A program made the position numbers and the translations under genes. DNA of 64,000 bases from the NCBI RefSeq assembly GCF_963921235.1, contig NC_086097.1, positions 51,896,001-51,960,000 of the forward strand. The letters run 5' to 3'. Of the stretch, positions 12,901 to 26,044 are shown in pieces (the stretch's first letter is position 1; each line of letters starts with the position of its first letter). This stretch comes from Mobula hypostoma (taxonomy: Eukaryota). Under the pieces are notes generated by a model. The model worked only from the letters and a program-made list of their open reading frames with translations. It did no database searches and was not told where the DNA came from.

Positions 12901-13057
12901 AGGAGTGGCTGCTTGGGGCGCGCGCTGCCTTTTATTGCGTGCTGCTATTTTCGTAACAGTGAAAACACCTTCTGTTAGCGAAAAAAGGTAACTAATGTAG
13001 GTCGTTCATAACAGTGAGGTTTTGTAAAGCGAACTTTCGAAAGGCGGGGGACACCTG
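9971..13057 (-). mobile_element. Internally deleted Tigger/pogo DNA transposon, split by a CR1 insertion
   Basis: Minus-strand end TA-CAGGTGTCCCCCGCCTTTCGAAAGTTCGC; N-terminal HTH-like LKRARKGVTLSIKLDTIKRFNRGERSK joined directly to acidic C-terminus EVDEDNVEEVLA..QELIDEELMQLEEERITI, continuing EVVQELNVKQLLEIF after the CR1; no DDE domain; second TIR not found. Confidence 0.75.
10524..12604 (-). mobile_element. 5'-truncated CR1 LINE (RT)
   Basis: ORFs 10956-11906 (YLDFQKAFDKVPH, GVPQGSVLGP, FADD) and 10602-10940; (tctatgtt)n tail. Confidence 0.95.
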
Positions 13058-13344
13058 TATCCGAATTTCATTAGTTTCATTTCATTCTGGTTCTACAGAT
13101 CACTCGCCTTAAATCAATGATTGTGTTTTCTGGTGGAGGGTCTAAACATGTGATATTATGTTATCTTTTCCTCTACAGTCTTCTGCCTGTATGGTCCAAT
13201 CTCTTCCTTCTGCACAAACCCCTGCAATCCCTAGTTGCAGCCTTCCATCTCTCAGTCTAGTGCTGCTATGTGGGAATTTGACATAATGAAAAGGAATTTA
13301 AAGAGTTTTACCCTCCCAATAATTCAGTGTTCCCTACCTGCTGA

Positions 13345-14500
13345 TGTATTCTCACTGCCTCTCAATACACATCTGGAGAAGAAAGATACTTATATGAGAA
13401 TGCTGTTCTTGGACTACAGTTCAGCATTCAACACCATAGTTCCATCTTGACAAGAAGCTCAGAGACCTCAGCCTTTACCCTGCCTTGCGCAGCTGGATCC
13501 TGGACTTCCTGTCAGATCGCTAGCAGGTTGTAAGAGTGGGCTCCCTCACCTCCAACCTTCTGACTCTCAATACAGGAGCCCCTCAGGGCTGCGTACTGAG
13601 TCCCCTCCTTTACTCTCTGTATACCCATGACTGTGTTGCCACCCACAGCTCCAATCTGCTAATTAAATTTGCTGACGACACTACATTGATTGGCCTTATC
13701 TCAAACAATAACGAGGTGGCCTACAGGGAAGATGTTGTCTCTCTGATACAGTGGTGTCAAGAAAACAACCTCTCCCTCAATGTCGCAAAAACAAAGGAGC
13801 TGGCTGTGGATTACAGGAGAAATGGAGACAGGCTAACCCCTATTGACATCAATGGATCTGGGGTTGAAAGGGTAAACAGCTTCAAGTTCCTCGGCATCCA
13901 CTTCACTGAGGACCTCATGTGGTCTGTACACATCAGCTGTGTGATGAAAAAGGCACAACAGCACCCTTTTCACCTCAGATGGTTGAGGAAGTTTGGTAAG
14001 GGCCCCCAAATCCTAAGAACTTTCTATAGGGGCACAACTGAGAGCATCCTGACTGGCTGCATCACTGCCTGGTATAGGAACTGTACCTCCCTTAAATGCA
14101 GGGTTCTGCAGAGAGTGGTGTGGACAGCCCAGCACATCTGTAGATGTGAACTTCCCATGATTCACGACATTTACAAAGACAGGTCTGTAAAAAGGGTCTG
14201 AAGGATCATTGGGGACCCAAGTCATCTCAATCACTATCTATTCCAGCTGCTACCATCCGGGAAACGGTACTGCAGCATAAAAGCCAGAAGCAACAGGCTC
14301 CGTGACAGCTTCTTCCACCAGGCCTTCAGACTGATGAACTCACGCTGATCTGAGTGTATTCTATATTACATTGACTGTTCTATTTGTTATAAATTACTAT
14401 AAATGACTATGATTGCACATGGGCACATTTAGCTGGAGACGTAACAAAGATTTTTGCTCATGTATGTGAAGGTGTAAGAAATAAATTCAATTCAATTCAA
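13345..14500 (+). mobile_element. Rex1/Babar-type LINE, RT and 3' end
   Basis: [48 protein letters not shown]; (aattc)n tail. Confidence 0.9.
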
Positions 14501-15882
14501 TAAATAAAACGGATAATAGAAGGATATAATTCCCAAAACTGTTGGTAGGAAATTTTAAAAATTAAAAGTCTGGAATGGATTATTAATAGAAGCAGTTTGG
14601 TGGCGGGGATAGGTAACACAGGTACTCACAAGAGCAGATTGCTCAGTTAAATATATAATGATGCCTTTTTAAAATTTAATTTATTTTTGCTGTTGTTCGA
14701 AGCCAGCCGGGTTTTCCAGACCATTGAGATACCAGGCAGGTGATTGACGGGATCCCGTACTTCTAGCTGGCAGGAGCCATGTTGTTCCTTGTAGGGCCAG
14801 TAATCAATCCAATAAATCATGCCCACCACAATTCACCTGCTCTCCACACCTTCCACCACATTTGCACCCTGAATGCACTTGTCACTTGTCTATCCCATGC
14901 CTTCCGTCACATGACTGGTTAGGCAGCTGGGCAGGTACATTTATGAAAATTCTGAACTTTTAAGTTATTGGCCTGAAAACAGCTCAAACTACAATACCCT
15001 CAACTTGCATACTTTTCAACTCTGAGCAAAAACTGTTCCAGTTATTTTTGTCGATTCTAATTGGAAAGAGCTGTTTTGATCTGGACACAATTAAAACGAT
15101 TTTGCCTACACTTAGATTATAAATCCTACAACAGCTCATCAAGACTGTAGATGTACTGTTCCTATTGTTCCCAGTCTTCCTTGTCTCATTATCTTGCAGG
15201 AATTAGAGATGAGTGTATGTTTTGTTCATCAGTCTTGAGATAAAATGTTCAGAAAATTTAGGTTTGTTATTTTGTTATGATTCAAAATATTTCGTAAACC
15301 AGGCATTTACAAGCAGGTTTTGTACATTGCAGGGGATAGCAAGGGATACTGAAGCAGAAGCAGGAAAAAATGGGTTAATATGGAAATCAGCTGCTACCTA
15401 ATTGACTTGCAGAACAGACTTGAAGTGTTAAAGGGCCTCCAGTTTCTACTGTCCCTTTGTTCCAGTCTAACTATAACCTCTATAAATAATTCAGCCTTTA
15501 ACTTTATTCTCAATGATATAATTTGACAGTACGGTTTTTATTTAACCTTGTTGGTTGGTCCATGCCATTTACAGAGTAAAAATGCATTGATAGATACTGA
15601 ATGTTAATACATTAAGTTGTAAATTCCATTTGATTAAAATTGCAGAATTCACAGAACACAATGAGAGGAGCAAACTGATTGCATAAATTGTAACAATCTG
15701 TTCATTGTTGAAAATTGACAGAATGACTACTATATTTAGAGCAACTTAAAATTTTTACAATCATTTAACAGTTACTAACTAAAATATTTAAATTGCTGGT
15801 TATGTTCATGGCAATGGCATGCTATACAAAATTAAACAGTGCCATTCTTGGAGGAAGCATATCATTTTCTTGTGATATCATA

Positions 15883-16002
15883 ATCACAAGAAAATCTGCA
15901 GATGCTGGAAATCCAAAGCGACACACACACAGCAGGGCAAGCAGCAACCATAGAGTTCAATATACCGTCAACGTTTCCGGCCGAGACCCTTCTTCCGGAC
16001 CT
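15883..16002 (-). mobile_element. Penelope-like pLTR fragment with decayed hammerhead motif
   Basis: Same family as 61295-61752; minus strand GGTC-CGGAAGA-AGGGTCTCGGCCG-GAAACGTT-GACGG. Confidence 0.6.
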
Positions 16003-16571
16003 CTTTGAGGTAGGTTGTGAAGTGGGCAGAATACCTGCTATTGGGAGAAGTGGAGAGCAAGGTATTTTAACTTGTTGGGCCTGGATTTATTTAAATAGTA
16101 GGAATGGAATTAGTCACCTTGCTATCTTGATAGGTGTTGGGAATGGTGGGAGAAATTTAGAACACAGCCTCTTTGACTAAATTAGAATTTGTGGGAGTAT
16201 CCACTGCCAATGATCACGTCCCTCCAGTTAGGACAGAACTGAAGATGTCCTGCTTGATTAAGATTGAAATTATTTCTTTTTCTTCTCAGCTCTGCACAAA
16301 AGTAATCAGAGCCGTTATTGCTCTTATGACCCCCACCCCCTCCACGGTTTCTACTCTGCCCCCAGCTACTGGTTGGTGTTGACCTAAAACGCCAGGCTCT
16401 AGAAGTCTGCCTTGAGCTGGTGCCACATTAACCTGGTACTAGGACTGCAGTTCCCAAACAAGTGAAGAGGGTACATTGGCTAAAGGGACACATGACACCA
16501 GTACCTTGCAGATTCTGCAGGACTCTTGGACTCAGGGCAAAGATTCACAGCTGGGTCCCAACATAGCAGTA

Positions 16572-17254
16572 TTAGATTAGATTATGAGAACACTCAGTCC
16601 TCTTTCATTGTCATTTTATTACATGCATTAAGAAATGATACAATGTTTCTCCAGAGTGATATCACAGAAAACAAGACAGACCAAAGACTAACACTGACAG
16701 AATCACATAATTATAACATATAGTTACAGCAGTGCAAAGCAATGCCATAATTTGATAAAGAACAGACCATAGGTACAGTTAAAAAAAGTCTCAAAGTCCG
16801 GAGTCGATCGACTCCCGAGTCCCCGATAGCAGGCGGCAAAAGGGAGAAACTCCCTGCCGTAGACCTCCAGGCACCGTCAACTTGCCGATGCCTTGGAAGC
16901 AGCCGACCACAACCGACACTGAGTCCATCTGTCCGAAAACTTTGAGCAGCCTCTCCGATACAGCCTCCCGAGCGCCATCCTCTGCCGAGCACCTTCGACC
17001 TCTCGCCGGCCGCTGAAACACGCAAAGCCGAGGATTTCGGGGCCTTCAGCTCTGGAGATTCCGGTTACCACACAGTAGCAGCCGCAGCAAAGCAGGCATT
17101 TCAGAAGCTTTCCGGATGTTCCGCTGTGCCCTCACGTCTCTCTCCATCAAATCAGGTTTATGCACGGTCCCCTACTTGACAGATAACAGATATTCATCAC
17201 CGAAGTGGCTGTGCGCGCTGTTGTCGCGCCGCCATCTTCTCCCCCCCTCCCAGG
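16572..17254 (-). mobile_element. CpG-rich non-autonomous retroelement (LINE 5'UTR + 3'UTR type)
   Basis: Near its 5' end gagaagatggcggcgcg; ends in a (tctaa)n tail; agtatt at 16568-16573 and 17255-17260 is a possible TSD; no recognisable ORF. Confidence 0.6.
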
Positions 17255-17269
17255 AGTATTGCAGGTTTT

Positions 17270-17780
17270 TAAAAAAATTAAAAATAAACTTCATTCATTA
17301 AAATTTGTATAAGAGATACAAAAGCAGTTTGTGTCTTGCTCTGCATTCAGAGTTATTCAGTGCATTATTGGGTCCACATATTTGTAGTGTCAGCACATTC
17401 TATGTACAGGACACCATTGCCACTCCGATGGCCCTTCTGGATGATACAATCTGCAAGTATTTTGAGGGGTTGTTCGCCAGGGCTTAGCCCCTCAATGTCT
17501 CATGGCAGAAAGACCTTAGACTGTAATCTTTTTCCCCAGAAAGCTACATTGGCAGCACCAAGGTTCAGTGTGTCCTTAGCACGTTCTCCTGCAGCCTGGA
17601 ATGTGACGGGTGGTAACACCCGCTTGTGAACGTCACACCTCATTCTATGGCAAAAGCAGCAAGCTTTGTGAAGCTTTGTGAAGACCAATGTGCATCTTTC
17701 ACTGAGCCGATGAGGAAGTGACAGGTCTCCATGTGTAGAGTACCTGTTCCATTAGGATCCCTGATTCAGGGAATGCAATG
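17270..17780 (-). mobile_element. Tx1/L1-clade LINE 3' fragment
   Basis: Frameshifted GSVKDAHWSS...HSRLQENVLR/DTLNLGAANVAFWG matches the recalled Tx1 ORF2 C-terminus. Confidence 0.65.
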
Positions 17781-19329
17781 TATTAGTGCAATTTTAGCTC
17801 ACTGACATAAGTTAGGGTTAATGATTTCGATGAAATGTTAATACATGGCTGTGCTTTAGCTTCTTACACATTTTTTTGATTATTTAAATTTTAATTTTTT
17901 TATACATCTTGAGTGTTACTGGATTTTTAAATAAATATCAAAGACATTTGCGTATATTCATTGGCTGAGAGGAATTTGCAGCTTTTGCATCGGCTGCCTG
18001 TAGGAGCTGGGGCTGACGGTTCGGGTGGTGTGTGGTACACTGATCCTACAGCTGGGTGCCCCAGGGGTCATGCCAGATCAAGGGTCATGCGGCCAGCAAT
18101 TTTAGAACAAGGAAAAATCTGTCCAAAGTTTAACTGGGGGGAAAATGTTTGGGCATGTACAGGGTGGGCCAAAGTCCCAGTTTCCCTGCTGTGTGGCTCT
18201 TTGACTGTATGACCAAGTTTGTAGTAAACTTGGTAATCTGTCATATGAAATGCTGGTTGAAAACATCAAGGTCAAATGTGTCTGATTAGAAATTCCTGAG
18301 TAACTGTCAGGCATTGGATTATTTTTGCACATCATGACTTTCGTATATCAATCAAGCTTGACTGCTTTTTCTGTGTAAATACTGTATGGAAGAGATGTAA
18401 AAAATAAGAATTACTGGCAGGGACTGTGTGACCCATTGAGCCTCCAGTTCACTCCATAATCCCATCATAACAAATATAAAGGATTTATAATTGTCTTAGC
18501 ACAGGCTGTCTGAACATGTGCATTTTTCTAAAATCATGGTGGCAACAGTCGTTTCATTGGTAACTCAGTTATGAATGAAACTTTAAACCTACTTATTATT
18601 TTCTGTGGGAGTTGCTGGGGCTGGGAACATGTTTTCAGTCTGGGTATGAAATGTTAACCTCAGGTGATCCAAGATCAGCTATAGCACAGGCAGGCATACC
18701 AGGTCTTACCCCTCAGTTCTGTTTGAGTCAGGCAGACCAGAGAGAACACGGTGCACACTCTCAGCAGGACCTATGAAAAGATACAGAAATTGACAGACCT
18801 TAAGGAAGCTGGCAAGAGCACCCCTAGTGAGAGTTCACTGTGCTGTAAAATACGGTCTGTTATTTTCCCAGTATCCATGTCACAAACTGTTTCTCATCAG
18901 CTTCTTCATGTTCACTCCCCGACCATGCTGTGACCTCACACTACTCTACTGACACTTAATTGCATTCTCTGCGTTCCCAGTCTCTGAGAGGGCATCCTTT
19001 GACACTGCAGCCTACGACACATCAGCTTCATTAATTCAATTTTGCATCAATACAGGTAATCCTTTATAGAATGAGAAGCAGTTTTTAGTTAAAACTATTA
19101 CCATCTTTTTTTATAACTTGTTATTCTGACAAGGACATTGGCTGTGGTGCTGATGATAAACCCATACTGATTTTGAGTAAATATGTCTTGGATATTGAGG
19201 GAATGGAAATTAACGTCCACAATGGGGTGGTGCCCGATCACGATAAAACTGATCATATGGTGGAGCTGCAGCACCCTGAGTTGCTACTGCCATTCTAACA
19301 CATCACAGCAACATTATCACAAAGAAGGA

Positions 19330-19447
19330 GCAACAGGGACTACAGATGTTGGAAATCTGGGGCAGCACAAAACTGCTGGAGAAACTCAGCATCTATAGAA
19401 GGAATTGGATAGTCAACGTTTCGGGTTGGGACCCTCTATCTGGACTG
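19330..19447 (-). mobile_element. Penelope-like pLTR fragment with decayed hammerhead motif
   Basis: Minus strand CAGTC-CAGATAG-AGGGTCCCAACCC-GAAACGTT-GACTA. Confidence 0.6.
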
Positions 19448-19857
19448 CTGGGTTGTCCATAACCAGGAATCACTGCCATTTAGAACTGAGATTAGGATAA
19501 ATTTCTTCAATAAGGAGGATCACCTATAGAATTCTCTACCATAGAAAGCAATAGAGGGAACGTTAATGAATGTGTTCAGGAAGGAAGATGTATTTATTAA
19601 TGGTGAAAATGTTATGTATTCACGTGTATTTTGACAGTTATGAGTTGCTATCAAGCTTCCCTGTGTGTTACATACCAACATCATGTGAGAGGGCATTCTG
19701 GGTAGAAGACTTTCAAGCACAATAAATAGCAGTGCGTTTGGTCCTCACCTTTCTGTCTCCCGTGTGTGTTATTCATGGCCATATGGCTTTACAGAACCAC
19801 AAACAGCACTGGCAATGAGGTGACAAGTCTTCATGTGATATTTATTGTTTTCAAGCA

Positions 19858-21165
19858 GTTCCTCCTCATCTCCATCTTAAATCTACTCCCCCGAATCTTG
19901 AGGCTATGTCCGCCTAGTTCTAGTCTCACCTACTAGTGGAAACAACTTTCCTGTCTCCATCTTATCTATTCCTTTCATAATTTTAAATGTTTCTGTAAGA
20001 TCTCCTCTCATTCTTATGAACTCCAGTGAGTACAGTCCCAGGTGACTCGAATCTCTCCTCATAGTCTAACCCCCTCATCTCTGGAATCAACCTGGTGAAC
20101 GTCCTCTGCTCTGCCTCCAAAGCCTTCCTCAAGTAAGGAGACCAGATCTGCACACAGTACACCAGGTGCAGCCACACCACTACCCTGTACAGTTGCAGCA
20201 TAACCTCCTTGCTCTTAAATTCAATCCCTCTAGCAATGAAGGCCAACATTCCTTTTGGCTTCTTGATAGCCTGCTCCACCTGCAGAGCAATCTTTTGCAA
20301 TTCATGCCAAGTCCCTCTGCAGAGCAGCATGCTGTAATCTTTTACCATTTAAATAATTATCTGCTCTTCCATTTTTCTTTACCAACATTGTACTCCATCT
20401 GCCAGACCCTTGCTCATTCACTTAACCTGTCTATATCTCTGTGCAGACTGTCTGTATCTTAAGACCATAAGATATAGGAGCAGATGTAGGCCATTTGGCC
20501 TATTGTGTCTGCTCCACCATTCAATCATGGGCTGATCCAATTCTTCCAGTCATCTCCACTCCCCTGCCTTCTCCCCATACCCTTTGATGCCCTGGCTAAT
20601 CAAGAACCTATTTACAGCTGCCTTAAATGCACCCAATGACTTGGCTCTTGGCAACAAATTCCACAGACTTACCACCAGTAATTTCTCTGCATCTCTGTTC
20701 TAAATGGACGTTCTTCAATCCTGAAGTTGTGTCTCTTGTCCTGGACTCCTCTACCATGGGAAGTAACTTTGCCATATCTAATCTGTTCAGGCCTTCTGCA
20801 CAATTTGCTTTCCACTCAATTTACTATTATCAGCAAACCTAGATACACTACACTCGGTCCCCTCTTCCAGATTGTTAATGTATACCGTGAACAATTGCGG
20901 ACCTGGCACCGACCCCTGCGACACACTCCTCACCACAGATTGCCAACCAGAGTAACTCCCATGTATCCCAACTCTGTGCTTTCTATTAGTTAACCAATCC
21001 TCTATCCATGCTAATACATCACCCCCAACTCTATGCATCCTTATCTTATGGATAAGTCTCTTATGTGGCACCTTATTGAATGCCTTCTGGAAATCCAAGT
21101 AAATTACGTCCATCTGATCCCCTCTATCCACTGTGCTCATTACATCCTCAAAGAACTCCAGTAAT
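19858..21165 (-). mobile_element. CR1 LINE fragments, with a second CR1 3' end nested at ~20462-20790
   Basis: YLDFQKAFNKVPH, SQGSVPGP, FADN; MLAFIARGIEFKSKEVMLQLY. Confidence 0.9.
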
Positions 21166-21169
21166 TTTG

Positions 21170-21520
21170 TGGTTGCCATCATCAAGAGCTACATCAGAAA
21201 AATACATTGAGGAGCTACATTTCATCTTCAGTTGCTTTGGGTTTCCTCAACAGCTTGTAAGTGACAATGGCCCACAAATCCTGTCTGAAGAGTTCAAGGC
21301 ATTTATGGAAGCAAATGGTATTCAGCACCTCAGGTGAACACCATATCATCTAGCCACTAATGTCCTTGCTGAATGATTCATACAACAATGAAGACTCAAG
21401 ACTTCAGTGGGAAGTTATCCCTCAAGCAGCATCTTAGCACTTCCTGCTGACACACCTCATGCCACCATCAAAATGGCTCCAGCTACTGCACTGATGAAAA
21501 GGCTTGATCTGCTTGGATCT
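21170..21520 (+). mobile_element. Gypsy integrase core fragment
   Basis: FGFPQQLVSDNGPQ..SEEFKAFMEANGIQHLR*TPYHLATN (rve SDNG and PYHP-N-like motifs). Confidence 0.8.
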
Positions 21521-21539
21521 CTCCCCCCCCCCCAAACAC

Positions 21540-23105
21540 AAAACAGATTGCGCTAAATGAACAGAAAACCTAAGTTAAGTAATGGAAGAGTATGACACTC
21601 CAAGGGAGACATCCTCACGATCTGAGCAGACTAGATGTTGACAAGGAAGCATGAAACACTTGGCTCAGTGTTGGAGACCTCTTCATAGAAACAGAGGGAT
21701 TCAAATGCTTTAATTTAATATCAGATAATGTATACAGTATACTACCCACAATTCTTACTCTTAGCTGACATCCACGGAACAGAAAAATAAACCCCAAAGA
21801 ATGAATGACAGAAACATTGGCACTCTAATGTCCCCCCTCCCACATACAGTCATCAGCAAAACATCTACACTCCACCTGTGCAGAACCATAGTTTGAGCAG
21901 CAGGACCCCAGTCTGATAGGACCCCAGCCATCTTGCTAAGAAAAGAAAGACATGAAGAAAAAAAGAAGAAACTTCTTCACGGGTGAATTGGAAGAAGTTG
22001 CCTGGATCTGCAAAAACCTCTGGCACCATCTTTAGCTCCTCCCATTCCTTGTGCCAATACAGGACCAGGTGGTTAACACAAAAAGATATCAAGAATACAT
22101 AATAAAAGTCCAGCAAAATCATGACGTTAGATGCAAAAAATGACAAGAGAAACCAGAAACAATCCAACACACTACAGGATCCCGCGGCAGTTTAACTCAA
22201 TCTGCTTACTTACACAAGCACTACCGAGTGGCAAATATCATTAACCAAAACCTTGTTTTGAAATACAAACTTGTAAAAGAAACCATACCTTTATTATTAT
22301 TATTATTATTACTACTTTATTGTTGCCAAACAATTGATACTAGAGCGTACAATCATCACAGCGATATTTGATTCTGCGCTTTGTGCTCCCTGGAGTACAA
22401 ATCGATAGAAAATATAATAAAAATTTAAATTATAGATCATAAATAGAAAATAGAAAAGGGAAAGTAAGGTAGTGCAAAAAAACCGAGAGGCAGGTCTGGA
22501 TATTTGGAGGGTATGACCCAGATCCGGGTCAGGATCCATTCAGCAGTCTTATCACAGTTGGAAAGAAGCTGTTCCCAAATCTGGCTGTACGAGTCTTCAA
22601 GCTCCTGAGCCTTACCATACCATAAGTACAAGCCTGTTCAAGTTTTAGAGCCAGATTTTACAAATTATATTATAACTGATCCATTATTACAGATAGAACA
22701 ATCCAAAATAACCATCCAGGTATAATATTACAGGATAAACGAGCAAGAACAACTTACTCAATAGATACAGCCATGCCAAACACACTTCACATACAGAAAT
22801 CAGTAAGTGGAAAACACCAGAAATATGCTGAATGAAAAGAGGAAATTGAAAGACTATGGAACATGAACAGAGTATACATTGTCCCAACAGTAATATCTAC
22901 AACTGGTATCACCCTAAAGTCACTACACGATAGCATCAATCAATTAAGCCTACACAGCAATATTTATGTAAATCTCCAGAAAGCCACAATGCTAAACACC
23001 ACTAGAATAGTCCAAAAGTTCCTATCATTTTAGAAATGAGTGTGATTGGCTTTGTCTGTACCTCAGGTTTTACCAGCCTAAGCTGCGAAAAAATAAAGTT
23101 AATAA
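21540..23105 (+). mobile_element. R4/Dong-type RLE non-LTR retrotransposon 3' fragment, with insertions at ~21703-22044 and 22291-22613
   Basis: WKSMTLQGRH...ETEGF|LVPIQDQV, decayed CCHC knuckle (RCKK*QEKPETIQH), remnants of the PD-(D/E)xK RLE region; ends in an aataataa-like tail. Confidence 0.8.
22291..22613 (-). mobile_element. Rex1-type LINE 3' end nested in the R4/Dong element
   Basis: RLRSLKTRTARFGNSFFPTVIRLLNG-type sequence on the minus strand; (TAA)n tail; accatacc repeated on both sides. Confidence 0.7.
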
Positions 23106-23174
23106 TAAATAAGCAATAAATAGCTGGAACACAAGTCGTAGAGTCTTCAACCATCCCATCTGACACCAACATTT

Positions 23175-23944
23175 AAAGTTCAAAGTAAATTTATTATCAA
23201 AGTACATATACAATACGGGAGAACACAGAGATTCATTTTCTTGTGGGCATACTCAATAAATCCATAATAGGATAATAACTATAATAGGATCAATAAAAGA
23301 CCACACCAACTTGGGCGTTCAACCAGTGAGCAAAAGACAACAAACTGTGCAAATACAAAAAAGGAAATAATAATAATAAATAAATAAATGATAAATATCG
23401 AGAACATGGGATGAAGAATCCTTGAAATTGAGTCTACAGGTAGTGGGAACATTTCAATGATGGGTTAAGTGTGAAGTTATCTCCTTCGGTTCAAAAGCTT
23501 GATGGTTGAGAAGTAATAACTGTCCCTGAACCTGGTGGTATGAGTCCTGAGGCTCCTGTACCATCTTTCTGATGGCAGAAGAGAGCATCTCCTGGGTGGT
23601 GGGATTCCCTGATGATGAATGCTGATTTCCTGCAACAGCATTTCATGTAGATGAGCTCAATGGTGGGGAGGGCTTTACCTGTGATGGACTGGGCTATATC
23701 CACTACTTTTGTATGATTTTCCATTCAAAGGTATTGGTATTTCCATATGAGGCTAAGATACAGCCAGTCAATATACTCTCCAGTATGCATCTATAGAAGT
23801 TTCTCAAAGTCTTAGATGGCATATCAAAACTTCGTATACACCTAAGGAAACAGGAGTTTGTGAAGATTTGTCTCTCTTCGTAATTTCACTTATGTACTGG
23901 GCCCTGGGTGGGTCTTCCAGATTAATAACACTGGTGAACTTAAA
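23175..23944 (-). mobile_element. Rex1-type LINE 3' fragment
   Basis: KVVDIAQSITGKALPTIELIYMKCCCRKSAFIIRESHHPG; actttgaacttt tail. Confidence 0.75.
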
Positions 23945-24131
23945 GTCCAATGGTCAAAGTCACTTAGATTACAATTCTTCCCCATTCTGATGTTTGGTCT
24001 GAATGACAACTGAGGCTCTTGACCCTGTCGGCATGCTTTTATACATTACGTTGCTCTCACATGACTGGTTGATTAGCTATTTGCATTAATGACAGGTGCA
24101 CAGGTGTGCCTAATAAAGTGGCCACTGAATG
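23945..24131 (-). mobile_element. Tc1-like transposon 5' end (TIR and start of transposase)
   Basis: TA-CATTCAGTGGCCACTTTATTAGGCACACC terminus followed by frameshifted MG/KNCNLSDFD. Confidence 0.7.
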
Positions 24132-26044
24132 TATGTTTGTTCCTATTTGCCACCATCCTGAGTATAGGAGGATTGGAATTGTGGTGGTTCTGAGGAGTGA
24201 GGAGTGAGAGGTAGGTGATGTAGCTAAATGAGCATCATGTGTGAGGGTAGGTTGCAGGGAAATGAGTGAGGATGAGGAGTAATCGGGCTGCTCTGTGAGC
24301 TGGCATACCATTGATGCAATGAAAGCTTCCTTACACATCTTACGCAAATTTTCAATGTATCAGCACTTGTTTGGTAAGGTAGTGAGAAATAGGCCAATGG
24401 GAAGGAGTGACTAAAACCTTACATTGCATCATCATCCTCTCAGGGATTTTGTCCCAGAGATTTGGATCCTAACACTGTTCTTATGAAATCATATACTTAA
24501 TGAGGATCTAAATTTGTCTTAAATTTTGTATAAAATTTTGTTTCAAGTTCATAATGATACTTGTGCTATATCATATTGTGAAATATGAAGGTAATACTTT
24601 TTAATTTTTCAGCAAGCAAGTTTAGTCTAATGCTTTCCCTTAAATCTAAGTGAGTGATGCCCTGCTAAGCATGTCCCTCATTTTGTCAGTCATGTAGTCA
24701 TCTATCTTACTAAATACACAACCATTTAGCATTTCATTCACAGTCAGTTGCCTTTAGATGATTCTGATTTATATTAATCAACATTATTAACCATAATTAT
24801 AATGGCTTCAATTACATTGCAAAAAGGTAACAATCCTGTGAAGATTAACTTTCCCCTCAATCTAAATTTCATTGCTTTTACCCTTTGCTGTTTCTTTCTT
24901 TCTCCAGTAATTTAACAAAAAGGACAAGATACTGCTGATTTTCTGTCTTTTCTGGGAAACATCTAGTTCTCTGTGTCCTGTAGTGAGAGAATCTGATTGG
25001 GCTGTAGACTCACTGTGTGGTGAATTGAAGACACAGGCCTTGCTTCTATACTCTGTGTTGTGACAGTTAACACAGCAGAGAGAGTGAAAAGTAGGAAGTC
25101 AGTTTTACCTTGGCTTGCTGACTGGTTTTCCAGTGGATTGCTTAGCTTGCCCACATTTTGATTTATACCTCATTAATTCCAAAGCATGCCCCTCTGAGCC
25201 ACATATTTTCAAAGTGTAGTTGTTTGGACATCTGTTCTTTGATGTTTAACTCACTAAATTCACCCAGCAAGCAAAATTGCAAGGTTTTTTACTCTAGTTA
25301 CTAATTAAAATCTCAATGGGGGCCAAATTACATTATCCATCACCAACTTGCATATCTAGGGGATGGTGCTGATTTCAGGTGTGTGGTCTCTTCAGCCCTC
25401 GAATGAGAGATTAAAATGGAAGACTGTGTGAATGGGGGAAGTTTGTCAGCCTGGCTTATAATTATTTGGCCACCTGATTTGCATTGCTAAAATCTCATTT
25501 TATCGTAGTGGTATACAATTGTGGTGTTGGGTATGGTGATCTTGTGATCCAGGGGTTCTTTGGAAGTTAAGAATGAGACATAAAACTTCATGGTTATAGC
25601 AAAGTATTAGGTGTTACGGGAGCAAAGAATGAACAAAGACGTGAAAAGGACAAAGAACAAATATGTCATGATTGTCTTATGTGAGAACTAATTTAGACTA
25701 GGAGAGACAATGAGACATCCCAATGAGCTATGAAATGTAACCTATGAAATAATTAGGTTTAATGGCATGATGCAGGCTGCGGAGAAACTTCTAGAAGAAT
25801 ATAGAATTAGCAATACTAAATTACTGAAAATTCAATGAATAATTACATAAATGCAGGTGATTATATAAAAATTATAAGCAATCATAGGAAAGTAAAACTA
25901 GAAGAAAAATGTTAATTCTACACCCTAATCCAATAGTAGGTAAATTATTGGAACTCCTGCATATTCAATTCACCATTCTAAGGCAAGGGTTAAATTGGGA
26001 GTTGTTGGGCAGTGCAGCTCAAAGGGCCTATTCCGTGCTGTGTC

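Noticed and set aside
18200..18410. Strong minus-strand acceptor (tttttacatctcttccatacag)
   Set aside because: All frames stop soon after it, there is no clear donor, and no homology is recognised
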